Shown here: piece after piece, positions 49,669-61,970 of the stretch
Layout: the number at the start of each line of letters is the position of its first letter
Numbering within the stretch: position 1 is the first letter of the stretch
Assembly (NCBI GenBank): GCA_043228905.1
Contig: JBHGNT010000017.1
Coordinates: 15,624,001-15,688,000 of the forward strand
Source: Azolla caroliniana
Lineage: Eukaryota; Plantae; Polypodiophyta
Length of the DNA stretch: 64,000 bases
Direction of reading: 5' to 3'
Made by a program: the position numbers and the translations under genes
Notes under the pieces: generated by a model
The model's input: the letters and a program-made list of their open reading frames with translations, nothing else
What the model was told of the DNA's origin: nothing
Databases searched by the model: none

Positions 49669-50940
49669 CCCTTCATAGTATGAACCATGTCCAACCAAAT
49701 ACTTTTTATCAATTTAGTTGATGGAAAACTAGAGAGCATTGAGCCATCCAAATGTAATATGTAGTAGTACTACTCAATATCTCCCCTAATGGTTGCGACT
49801 CCTTCCGAGGGTATGCCCATCTCACGTAGCCATGTGCCAACATGCAAGGCTCGATGCACAAGTAACCACTGTACATGAAGTATATGTCATGATTGTTTTC
49901 TTGCCCATAGGTTAACCTAGAACTTCGCAAGAAACTTTGGAGTAATACCTTGTTGACTCCAGTATTGAGATGCAATTGGTAACACATCTCATCTAGCCGA
50001 CAACATGTCTTCCCAACTGAGGTGTTGCCATACCATTTGAGACTCAATGCAGTCCCATAGACGATGTTTGTAAGTTTCAGCTTGTAAATGACAAAGAGCA
50101 TAACTAGAGGATACACCCATCTTATTTGAATTAGAATGCAACAATTACTTGGCACATTCAAAGTTCTTCAACAAATGCAAGAACAAGTGTAGGATACTTG
50201 TATTAGTAGCTTGAAAATATAGTTGTTGAGTTTTCACTATCAGATATTCACATTGTACTCTTTGCCATGCAATACCAATTTGGCTACGTGCTTTAAAGTT
50301 TATACACCATGGTACTATTTTTAAGAACCATTGCTCATATTTTGATATGGTTTATTAGAGGTGAAATTTTTCAATATAGGCCTGACTTCATCCACTACAT
50401 GTTACCATAAAGGTGGGAAGGAACTATTTTCCTTACATTAATAATGACTGACCTTAAAATGGTTTATCAGGAATTTTGAACCCTTTGCAAAGGGGTCTTT
50501 ATGTTTCAACAAAATCACTGCACTGTCTCTACTTCAACGGGCACAAAAGAAATATTCAGTATGTTGATTCACATTGCTGGTCACAACCTCTATTGACAAG
50601 CTTGTTCATATTGACAAGCTATGTAAAGTCATCTCCATAGCTTTGGTTCTTCAATCATCAAGATCAAGGTTGTGCAAGAACAAGACCTCGAATCTGACTA
50701 TTACAGTTCCAAATTCTCTTGTATCATGAAGCGCTCAATTCCATAATCCAGATCTCTTTGCCATGGTTTTCCAACGGGGGCTTCCAAAAAGCCTACATCA
50801 TGCCAACGCATTTCTCTTATCTAAAGACTCTTCTTGCATAGAATCCTCATAGCTATAGGCCATGGGAATAAGTGCCACATGGTAAAAGCTAGAGAATGGA
50901 TGCCATCTCATGCACCCCATTCATGGCATGAGATAATTGG
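49669..50940 (-). mobile_element. Decayed LINE ORF2 remnant (probable target of Copia E)
   Basis: Broken minus frame LWARKQS*HILHVQWLLVHRALHVGTWLREMG resembles the zf-RVT-proximal motif of the LINE near 25.5 kb; limits approximate. Confidence 0.45.
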
Positions 50941-51758
50941 GTTTAGGATTTGTGAATTCCATTGCAAACTTGGTTTCTGTTAAAACTATAAATCAAACTA
51001 CTTTATTTCACATACTACAGACAAGAAAAGCAATGAAACACACTCATAATGGTACGCACTTCGGCAGTAACAATGTCACAAGCCAAACAGCTACAAGATC
51101 ACATCTAAGTAATAACTGTATATTGTTAACAGCATCAATAATTGCTTAACATGTTACATATTCTAACCAAAACTCTTAAACATGTTTCATATTCTAAGCA
51201 GAACTCTGTTTAAGATGGTGGTGGCGGTCATTTGGCATTTAACCTCGGAAATCTTCAAATCAAGTGTTTTATCACAACTTTTAAGAGACGCTAGAGAAGT
51301 GGCCAAGGGTAGAAATTTCTACTTCCAACGTATTGGGAGGAAAATACATGAGAAATACAACACTTTAAATTTGAACTCTTCCCGATAAGCAACTCAATCT
51401 GATGGCCAAGGTCAGATGCCCATAGGCAGATGTCCAATTACAGAAATGAGATGGAGAGGTGGATAAAAATGGGGGTGGTATATATGCACCAAAGATATAA
51501 AGGAGAAGTGGGGCAGAAATGGTCTATAAATATATCTACCACCTGCAACCATTCTTCTTAAGTCACAAAACCTCATTAGAACACTTTTCTGCAGTTAATG
51601 ACAAACATTTTAGGTTTAGCGTCCGTTTTGAAAGGTTGATCGACATACGAAAAGACCTTGGCATTTTCGCCGCCCAATATACTCATATCCCTGCAATAAA
51701 ATTGGTTAAGGGGAAGAAAAAACAGCATTGCCAAATGTCGTTTTGACTTCCGATTTTT

Positions 51759-54700
51759 TCAACCGTCTAGTTCTCCTCTTGCAAACTTGTCTTCTGGGTA
51801 GTAAGTAGCAATAACTGTATTGCCACCGAACTTCCTCTGATGGAGAGAAATTTTAGCCTTGCTTGACCCATCAGTACTTGAATACTCAACAAAAGCCTGA
51901 AACGTTTTTCAGCTAGCTATAAGAAGCAGTACATAGGATTCATCGGCCCATTGGCAAATGAAGCTGTTCTTAATTGCATTCCTCATCAAACTAGTTTTGT
52001 TTACAAGCAGAAAACTACCTTGCCTAGTCCAGGAACATCTTCAGCAGTTGATGATGGACGGGGAATGATAAGATTGGTTACAGTACCTTTAGACAAGAAA
52101 AGAAGATTTTAGATAAAAATAGATTAGAAATGGCAATAAATCTATATATCATTGCACCCACCACTTACCAAATTTACCACACTCTTCTTTTATATCATAA
52201 TAAATGTCTTCATATTCCTGATCATCCTTCAAATCATCTACAGACACAAGCTGTTTGATATGATAAAAATAACTGAAGTGCATTAGAACAGTAAAAAGGT
52301 TTTTTCAAGTCGACAGCCTGCATTGACGAAAAGTATGTAACCTTTTCGTAGATCATTTTACTAGGTTCATTTTAAGTTGAATTGCCAACTCCTATTAGAA
52401 AATTTGCAACTGTTTAATTCAGTTCAACAATCCTAAGCAAAGAAGAAATTGCTGTCACCTTTGTTAAAATTCTTTCAAGAGAACCATTGCCACATACTAC
52501 TACTTAGAGAAGGCATTCTTGTAGACTGCAAAATCCTATGATCTAATTTCTCTGTCACCTTCTAGCAATAAATTATGGAAACAAAGAGAAAACATAGTGT
52601 CATAAATATATCATATAAAAAAGAAGGGCAGAAAACATACTTGATTCAAGCAGACAACCTTTGTTGGAATTTCTGGGATCCCATTAACCAAGCCCATCAA
52701 ACCTTGCAAACCACCAAATGAAGCTGCACCCCCTGTTTGCAAAGCCAGTTTCTGCAACTCCCAAGACAAATTCTCTGAGCAATATGCATTTAGAAATGGG
52801 AAAAACTCAAAAATACCTGAGTTTTTCTTCATTTCCTCAGATGCTCTCAACTTTCCCTTATATTCTCAAATGCCCTTGGTCAAAACCAAAAAATCAATTA
52901 TATGTTCTATTTGAGCAATAATACCCTGTTTCTCAAAACTTTGTGGTATTTGAGCAGTTAGGTATATGGACAGCTCATCCACTTTTTCTCTCTTTCGGCG
53001 TTGACTTCAAGGCATTTCAGAAATAAAGAAAAACTTGGCTACTTTGGAGTTCCCTTTAAAATTCCCATAAGAAAAACATAGGCCCCTTTTACCTGCATTG
53101 CTATTTGTTGTTGAGCTTGATAGAGGATGTCAGTTTGATCTGATCTCGGCTGAGCACTGAATCATTTACACGTAATTAACCAGAAGATCTACTTCTACAT
53201 TCAAAGTTAAGAGTGGAAAACCAACCCATACCTTGCACTAGCACGCCTAACAGTTAGAGTTTTATCTCCCATTTTTAGGCCATTTAAGGCCCCACAAGCA
53301 ACATCCGTGACTGCAGAATCCTAATTTATTCAAGCCCCACAGAAGTTAACATTGAGACCTTGCTAACTGAATATATCTTTACACACATACACATTTACAA
53401 ATCCATCTACTCACATGATAAACACAGAACGCATATCCTTTTGAGTTCCCAGTCTCCCAATCTTTAACGAGGTCAAAACCACGAAGTGGTCTGCATCAAG
53501 AAGAGAAGTTCTAATGTTTTTTGGGAGGAAAATTTTATTCCCTACATTTTGGAAGTACTTTAATTAGTGAGACATACCCAAATGATTCCAGCAGCTCTCT
53601 TATCTGGGCTTCAGTTAAATAATAAGGAAGTCCACCAACAAAGACTTTATCAGGTCCATCTGCACCGCCCGAGGAACTACAAGCAGCAAATAATTAAGCA
53701 AAGAAGCATACAAAAAATGCACGAAGTATACTTTCCAGAGGAGTTACCCAGGTGTCAGCCCAACGGCGGCAAGATTTAAATGAGGACTCGGTTGACTCGG
53801 ACCCAACGTGGCAGCAAGTGAAGGATTATAGTCACTTGGCCTCCGAACTCTTACAGTTTGTCCCTGAACCCAAGCACAGTCTTGAAGTCATATGGATTAA
53901 AAAAATAAGATGTAAACATTTGCCCCACTGCTCAAGCTACCAGGGATCACCTCAAACACTATGCCATCTAATGCCATCGCATTACTTGCTTCCTCTACGG
54001 TACGCATCTCCACAAATGCGAATTTTTTCTCATGGTTAATATAAACGTTAACCACTGCATCACCTGGAGTTATCAGGAAACACCGTCAGCTAATGCTAAT
54101 AGAAATAAGTAAAAAGGTTAATCGTTTGGGCCTATTATAATACCTGGCCCAGCAGAATTTCCACCAATTGCAGCCATCACTTGGCTAAAGAAAGTTGCGA
54201 TGGTCTAGAGATGTAAACAGATAGCGTACATGTCATTTAAGTAGCTTTTATGCCTCAAATAGGTATTTCGACTAAATCTAATGATGAACTGTTTACCTGC
54301 TCATTAGCAAATGTTGGTAAGCCTCCCACGTAAACCCGACGAGCATGTCTTGTTGCCTGAACCAACAGAGAAAAACTTAACTTACAGTCTAATTTCAGAA
54401 AAATAAAATCTTGGAAACCGAAGCAAGAATATGTTCATGATTTCCTGATTTAACAGAAAGAATTGTGGGTAGTTGGACAAGAGAATGCATCAATTTGTTT
54501 CCACTATATTAATAAATGAATGAAGTCAAGACCGTCGAAGCTTTTCTATATACTTGAAAATGATGTTCCCCTGCATCATGATGGTAGATATGACATCAAT
54601 TGTAAACATTTGTAAAATTACTTTGGTTTTGTAGGTCATTTTGGCCTTTAGTAGATGTTAATACATCTTTCTTTCCTTTTATGACTCATTTTCCTGTTTC

Positions 54701-57700
54701 AATTCATGGCACTCAAGACATCTTGGATGGACAATGAAGGACAAGAAGTTCATTTATGATATTCCTGGTAGATGTTTTAGCTACTGTATCACTTTACATC
54801 TATAGTAATGCTTTGTTTTAGAAGCGAGCCCTGTATGAATAGACCCTAATCAATAAAAGCTTTAATTAAAAATAAACTTATGCTGAAATGATTATCCAGC
54901 TGCTTGTCACAAGAAATTGGATGGTAAGAATGGCAGACATATTTCAGGAACTCAAAAAGCTTGGAAATGAAGATTGACATAGGAACAGTTGAGAGATGAA
55001 AATTCACGGCAACTTAAATGAGCAGACGAAACTAGTCAACCAAATATAACATTGATGGCATTGCGTTCACACGTATTGTATAGATCACCAAGTATAAGTA
55101 AAGATGGAGAGAACAAGCAAGCAAAGAAGAGCTAAAATGAACAATGCAGTCAGATGACTAGTGAAGAGTAGTAACATCGGGTTAAGAAATGCATTGCAAC
55201 AACTTCTGAACAAGAATGAAATGATCATATCTTGACACATTAAGCATAGTGACACTGATAGCATTACTAAATACAACAAATATTATTATTTAATGCAGCA
55301 AATAGTTGAGATATGAACCTGCTGCGTCATGGAATGCATTGGAACTGTTGGAAACTGCACACAAAACATAATAGATGGCGTATTAAGCTTTAATTTGGAG
55401 TTACTAAGTCTCAGACTCATACTTGTAAGGAACTTATTTTGAACCTCTGATTTATACTCATTTGAGCCAAACTTCATAGCCTACCTGTGTACCAGGAAAT
55501 GGAAATGCCCCTTGCATCATTGTTGCCGGAGAAGCTCCAGCTAACTGACCTGGGATATGCAATAATGGTAATATAGAGTATCAAATCAATGATCAAAGTA
55601 TAGTGTAGTACAATTTTAGAGAAAAAGCTCGAACATTGATTTCATATGTAAATTTAATAAGCTTTTTTACATGAGAAACACTCTGAATTGATCATTACAT
55701 GATCCATCTAACAAAGATGCAATTACAATTTACTACACTATGATGACCTAGCATGGGGAGGCTAACTTTTACATATGGAGGAGAGTATGCATAACTACCA
55801 AAAGAAACAAAGTAGTCGAGTAAAGACGATCAACATAGGTTCATCATATCATCGTTGAGAATAAGACCATGGAGGCACCATTGTGTAGAGGCAGAGATGG
55901 ATCATCAGGATGCCTTTCGCTTTTAGAAGATAAGTGAGAACAACAATAAACCACCACAAACAACCAAAAACACCAGATAAAACAGAGGAATTTCCTCAGT
56001 TCCAATTCTTCACCAAAAAATAATGTATTTGAAGGAATCATTTAACATCTGGCCAGATACACTAAGGTAACAACTAAAATCCAAACAACTATTTAAGGGG
56101 GAAAATTCAAAATCCCCCTAACTATCCCTTAGTTCTTCTTTATTTCAACAAATGCTCCTGCGTTTATTTAGGTCTTCAAACACCCTTGGTTAACCCCCCA
56201 AAATGACCTGCACATTTGATTGCTCAAATAGCTCATATAGTTGAGAAAAAGAGGAAGAATCAATGACATTATTGCTCAAATAGAACATGAATATGCTCCT
56301 TCAGGGGTTTATACCAAGGGCATGTGGGAAGAAACTAAAACTTCAGGGCATTTAGTGAAATAAACAAAAAACTCTCGGCTATGCAGAGTTTTTCATAAAA
56401 CATAATGAGCACAGACGCACCTGGTACTGCACCAGGAACAGCTACACCGGAAGGACCCATGTCAAACCCACTAGCTCGCTTGCTGTATTTACCATCCAAG
56501 AAAAAGTTAGCAATTGAGAAAATAACCCAAACAAACATTTATTGATGTTCTCTAGGATTCAAATGGTTCAACAATTCAAGACAAATACATGCTAGATAAT
56601 ACTATCCTTTCAAAACTTTGAAGAGACAAATAAGAATCTTAGTATTCATCTACCTGATTCCTTAGGATAGATAGTTTTGATATTAAAGAACATAACTAAA
56701 GAATCAAATATAGAAATAGGATGTAACTACTTTCTTTCCGTAGAATATTCTAATTTGCATGTTTTGTTTAATGAAGATTAAAAACATGCAGCCAGGACCA
56801 ATTCAAGTGTTAAAAATGGCTAATGCATGTACGTTCATGCCCTGTCCACTGCAGTAATATCTTGCTTTCATTTCACGGCTTCTCTTGACAAAATTTCTTG
56901 TCAATAATAATCATATGTATAATGAGGAGATGTGCAGGCCCATGATCCATTTCAATTGATATGCTTGCATCATGATTTTTATGAAAACCCATACTCCACA
57001 AAAGCATCTAAAACTAAAGCCACAACAAATAGACTAATTTCCTTAACGTATTCTTTGTTGACACAATGATTCCTTATTTCTAATAATATGTTAACAGACA
57101 TCTTGTGTTACTAATGATTTCATTAACATGTGCATTGGCCTGCCCAAACTTTATAGGATGGGCAAAAAAGCTTTATGTGGAGGAATACATCAAATAGGGC
57201 ATTATGAAGCTGAACATGAGGAGATGGTTGGTGTTACATCCCCAGAGAGTTGGATGGACGATAATCGTATACGGCATTTGGCCAATGTATACAAGGTAAT
57301 GTGAACATGGCACACTACAAAACATCCACATCATAAACATCCAAGACTAAGTGTATAATCATATATCAATTAATCAAAAAAAGTGAGGTATGTGTTGGGC
57401 CTTCATTACTTCTCCTGATAGTATCATGAACGTTGAAAAGGAAGCTGATGAGGTCTCTTTGCATTCAAAATTGCTATTTACATGAACTTATGCATAAATT
57501 ATGGTATGAAATTGTATGTGTAGAACCACACCCTAGCAAGGTTCTTATGGTTCCATTGAATAGTCACTTTTGAATTACAAAAAAAGGCATCTTCACAATA
57601 ACCGCATTATTTAAAACTAGTACTTCGCCAGCAACAAGAGAAAGTAACATTTAAGACAATCAATATACCTCTTCCGTTCACGAGAGCGAGAGCGAGACTT

Positions 57701-59475
57701 TGATCGGTCTCTTGATTTTCCTCTTGATCGAGAGCGAGCCCTATGTTTGTGTCTTCTCTCCCCATCACGATCATGATGACGCCTACAAAATGAATGTTAA
57801 AAAAATGCCCGGACCTGTGAAAACATTGGATATTCTAGATCTAATAGAACCTGTCGCGTTCTCTGCTTCTATCACGACTTTTGTGATCTCTGTCTCTACT
57901 TCTATCTCTATCATGGCTTCGACGTCGATGTCTATCACTATCATGATCTTTACCTGACCTCTCAGTCCCATGGTCCCTTTCTCTATGCCTTTCTCGCCCT
58001 TGGCTTTGTTCTTTATCTTTGCGAGACTCTCTAGTTGTTCCCTGTATGCAAAGACGAAGGTTATATTTGCCAAGTGGTATGCACACAATATCCAGAACAC
58101 AAAACATGCCACAGATGATTCTGTCTCTTGTTAAGAATCTCTAGTTTTTCCCTTGTGCAAAGACAAAAAAATAACATTTTCCATGTGTGCACACAATATC
58201 AGAGAGACAACAAAACAAGAAATAAATTATGAGTGTTGCACACCATCAAATCACCTTCCAAATGCTCTTTAGATTCCAAACCAACAGTGAAAATAACAGA
58301 CCATGAAGTTCATGAAATAAATGAACAAGTGACGATATCAAATCACCTAGGACCCTTCATTACATTTAGAAAAAACTGTGAAAATCTCAGAAAATGAGAA
58401 AAATGAAGTAAAACAGAGTTCTGGAGGTGAAATTTCAAAGAATCTGCCATTGGTATAGAAAAAGAGACGTTAGATGTTTGTTCATGATTGAGGAAACCTC
58501 TGAGCCTTCTTGTTTCATAAGGAAAAACTCATATATTTCAGCTTATATCATAGAGAACAAATCCATAAAAATGGAGGAAAGAAACAGAAACCCCTCCAAA
58601 GAACCAAGAACCGATGAGAAAAGCTAAGAATAAGAAATACAGTCTTTTCTGGTTTCCTTGTTCAGAAACAAAACCTAAGATTTCTTCGCCACTAAGCAAT
58701 AATGAGCACAAAATCTGGAACAAACTGCTTGGGATATCTCCGAAAACAGAAGCAAAATAATCTGGAGAAATCTGAATGATGAAACAACTTGAAGCTTTTC
58801 TTATTCTTTTGTTTCGGAAACAAAACCTCTACTTTTCTTCACTGAGCAACAAACAATACACGTACATACAAAAACTAGATGCTTCGAAATTCCTTCATTT
58901 CTCTCATAACAAGACCAAAAATGAGTGATAAGAACTGAAGTACAGCTGGAAATCTGATCCCTCGTGTCTGAGAAACAGAACCTAGATTTTGCATTTGGTT
59001 TCCGTTTTTCTTTTATTTTTGCTGGAATTCAGAATTGTGTTTCAGAAACAAAAGCTAGCAAGTTTGGGTTGCAAGAGTATCCTGTTTTCTTCAGTATTTG
59101 TCATCCACGGCATATGCTTCATCCTATTTTGAGTTAGAAACAAGAACCCTACTATGTATGCTTGGAGATTCGCTCCATCTCGGAGAATGAATAGAATCGA
59201 ATAAAACGGAGGCGGAGAAGCGATTCTCTTGTCTCAGAACAGACAGACAGACAGAGACGTACACGAAAAAAAAAAAACACAGAAATATTTTCTTGGAGAT
59301 CAATTAATTCGCGGCGAGAGAACAGAATCGAAGGCAAAAAAGGAAGAGAGATTGAAGATGAGATCGGGGGAGAAAAGGAAATGAAAGAATTATAATGCGT
59401 TGTTGAGTATATATGAACCTGGCTCTGCTGCTCTCCGTTTCGGTAGTCTTCAGCGAATCCTTCGTAGCTCGCCAT
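51759..59475 (-). CDS. U2AF65: Splicing factor U2AF large subunit (RS domain, RRM1, RRM2, UHM), about 533 aa, 18 coding exons
   Basis: Exons 59475-59419, 58041-57851, 57782-57669, 56482-56421, 55549-55485, 55354-55319, 54356-54297, 54204-54144, 54063-53951, 53863-53748, 53676-53578, 53490-53415, 53320-53232, 53156-53093, 52751-52641, 52250-52169, 52086-52019, 51896-51759; GT-AG, phases consistent (1602 nt); motifs SGFDM, ATRHARRVYVGGLP, KKFAFVEMRTVEEASNAMALDG, VFVGGLPY, NSKGYAFC, RKFGGN. Confidence 0.95.
52798..53057. mobile_element. Probable MITE in U2AF65 intron 14
   Basis: Imperfect TIRs GGGAAAAACTCAAAAATACC / GGCTACTTTGGAGTTCCC; internal blocks shared in inverted orientation with 56097-56360. 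Confidence 0.5.
56097..56360. mobile_element. Probable MITE in U2AF65 intron 4, related to 52798-53057
   Basis: TTATTGCTCAAATAGAACAT and ACCAAGGGCAT are reverse complements of blocks near 52900-52922 and 52870-52881. Confidence 0.5.
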
Positions 59476-59826
59476 AGCCACAAATAGACAACAAACAAAC
59501 GCTTAATTTGTTCGCAGAGGAAAACAAAAAGAAGAAGAAGAAGAAGACAGAGGAGCTCTGTTACTCCTCTCTGTTGTTGTTTTTTTGTTCTGTTTTTTTC
59601 TTTTCTTTTCCTTTATTTCTTCTTCTATTACTTTTTCAGGGCTTTCTTTCTTTTTCTATTCCATTCTTTGGTTATAAGAGGATTTGAACCCATGACCTCT
59701 TCTCTATTCTGCTCATCTATTTCTTCTTCGTCTTCTAATTCTTCTTGTTTGTACATTGTTACCTCTTGTGGCAATGGCTAAGAGGATTTGAACCCATGAC
59801 ACCTCTTCTCTATTCTATTCATTTAT

Positions 59827-60347
59827 GGTCGTGGAAAGCGGAACCGGACGGGTCGAGGAGCATGACCAAGGCGGGAGGACGCCATGAGGAGTCGGAGGAG
59901 AGGACCGGCTACCACTGACACTGACACTGCGATCCGACCTCAAGTTGAGCTTGAGGGGGAGTGTTTAGCAGACAAGCTCAACCAGATCCGGATCAGCTGA
60001 ACAAGCCAGAGCCGCATCAGAGTCCAAATCGGTGTCCAAATCGGAGAGACAAATCGGATTGTAACTGGTAGGCCCTTAGATGCCTACGAATCTAGCCTAA
60101 TACATAGGCAGATTCCTTGGAATCAGTGTCAGTCGCTCGTATGAGCATTGAAGCACCTGTCAATACTTCTTTCTGCCAGTCCTTTCATGGACTTGTATAA
60201 AAGTGTTATTATTATTTTAATAGAGTTTACTGTTTTGCTCTCTTTGTCTCTCTCGTGTAAGGATTCCATTAAACTTGTGTCTTTATTCTCTATTGTTATC
60301 CCGTGTAACCGGTTCTGTCAAACCTTCCGCAATAATAATCTTTTACA
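59827..60347 (+). mobile_element. 5'-truncated C/E-family Copia: end of Pol tail, PPT and 3' LTR (59962-60347)
   Basis: CAAGTTGAGCTTGAGGGGGAG then TGTTTAGC; LTR similar to C/E LTRs, ending TTTTACA at a B-family gag. Confidence 0.85.
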
Positions 60348-60864
60348 TAGAGCATTTGTCCTTCTTGTGCATTGCTTCTTGTTAGAACATGATTCTCCTC
60401 AGCCAGTAGCATCGACTGGAGATCGACAAAGGAGGGAGGATTCTCCCTCGCGAGGACTGCCGATTGAATGGCTCCGAACCGAGGTGCTAAACTTCCAAGG
60501 CAAATCTGCACCATTCCATCGCCATCAATGCTAACATTGATCGACCTAAGGGCATCGCACAGCTCCGTGATCTTCAAGGTGTAGTTGTCGATTGTCATGT
60601 CCCTTTGTTGTATAGCGTTCAACTCTTGACGAAGTTGAATCTTTCTTGCGGTCAACACACAAAAATCTTCTTGAGGTTCCCCCACGTCTCCTTCGGCATT
60701 TTGGCCTCTCGGATATAGCCAAGCATGTGATCATGGATGCATGTTGCAAGGCAATACAACAGGCAACTCGACTCTTCCTCCCAAGATGGGTAGTTGGCAT
60801 GTGCTGGGTTGGGTTGATTTTCGTTTGCTCCTTCGATATAACTCCAATAGCCTTGGCAAACAAG
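60348..60864 (-). pseudogene. B-family Copia gag fragment
   Basis: CQGYWSYIEGA...HDHMLGYIREAK...QLRQELN...MVQICLG...LQSMLLAEENH; bounded on both sides by LTR insertions. Confidence 0.85.
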
Positions 60865-61414
60865 TGTCATGATGACACTCACACCATGCCTAGAAAGGAT
60901 TTGAACCCACGACCTTGTTGTACACATGTCAAATCCTTAACCATTGTATTAATATTCTTGTATTAATATATAATCTAATATAATAGGAATATTCTATATT
61001 ACTCTATATTCCAAAATAACCTAGAATATTCTGGAGTGTTCTATACACTAGAACCTTCTAGAATACTCTAGAAACATTCTAGATTACTCTACATTCTAGG
61101 ATGACCTAGAATATTCTAGAGTGTTTTCTATTACTTATAAATAGGGATCTATCAATCATCCCAAACCTAAATTGGTTCAACACCATTTTGTAGCACTCTA
61201 TTGTCTACAATACAATATTTCCCTTTCTCTCTCTTTCTCTTTTTTTTTCTTTTTTTTCGTAAATGTATATGTTTATATTAAAACAACATGATAATACAAA
61301 AAAAACCTTGTTATCAAAACTACGTCAAAGGTAGCGATGTGGCAAGGACAACCTTCTAAGGTGCTGCAATACAAAGCAACAAAAATGTAACTGATTTGGG
61401 GACAATGTTCTCTT

Positions 61415-61448
<34 letters not shown>

Positions 61449-61452
61449 GACA
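60865..61452 (+). repeat. LTR of a chromovirus (Tcn1-like) Gypsy element
   Basis: TGTCA...TGACA termini; interrupts Copia gag after ACAAG; TATAAATA 61136-61143; CTAGAATATTCT-type repeats 61018-61120. Confidence 0.75.
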
Positions 61453-61489
61453 GTTTGAACCATTTTTCATCAAATCAAGTGAGTCCAGT

Positions 61490-61970
61490 CTTTTCTACAC
61501 AAGTAGAGCTTACCACATGTACATGTCATCAAGTCCTAGCCTCTGCCCTCCTAGATTTTGGAGCCAACTCTTGTTTCATGGATCATGAATATGCCTTGTC
61601 ACAAAACATCATCTTGAATAAGCTCCCAAGCCCAGTAGTCGTAGGAGTCATTGATGGCCGTCCCATAGCATCGGGAGATATAATCGAGGAGTCCGAGCCA
61701 ATTTGGATAATTCTTGGCAATTTGGCAAGCATAATCTCTTTCAACATTATTCGCAGTCCAGAACACCCAATAGTGTTAGGTCTCCCTTGGTTTGAACTCC
61801 ATAACCCGAAGATTGATTGGATGAAAAGAACAATTGAGGAGACCTGGGAAAAAAGCACAAACCTCACATCCCTCTCTCAGACATGTGATACTAGATCCCC
61901 TTAGTTATCGACTATCTCTCTACGATAGTTGCATGAGGAAGGGGGGAACGAGGCCAAGTTCTTCTTCACA
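61490..61970 (+). pseudogene. Gypsy aspartic protease remnant (gag missing)
   Basis: ASALLDFGANSCFMD...VIDGRPI...IVLGLPWFELHNPKIDW. Confidence 0.85.

Noticed and set aside
49709-50161. 150-aa ORF as a host gene
   Set aside because: No domain; an alternative broken frame resembles LINE ORF2, which explains the region better
54357-56090. Intronic snoRNA or poison exon in the long U2AF65 introns
   Set aside because: Scattered TGATGA-like words but no convincing C/D pair with terminal stem and no supportable exon boundaries
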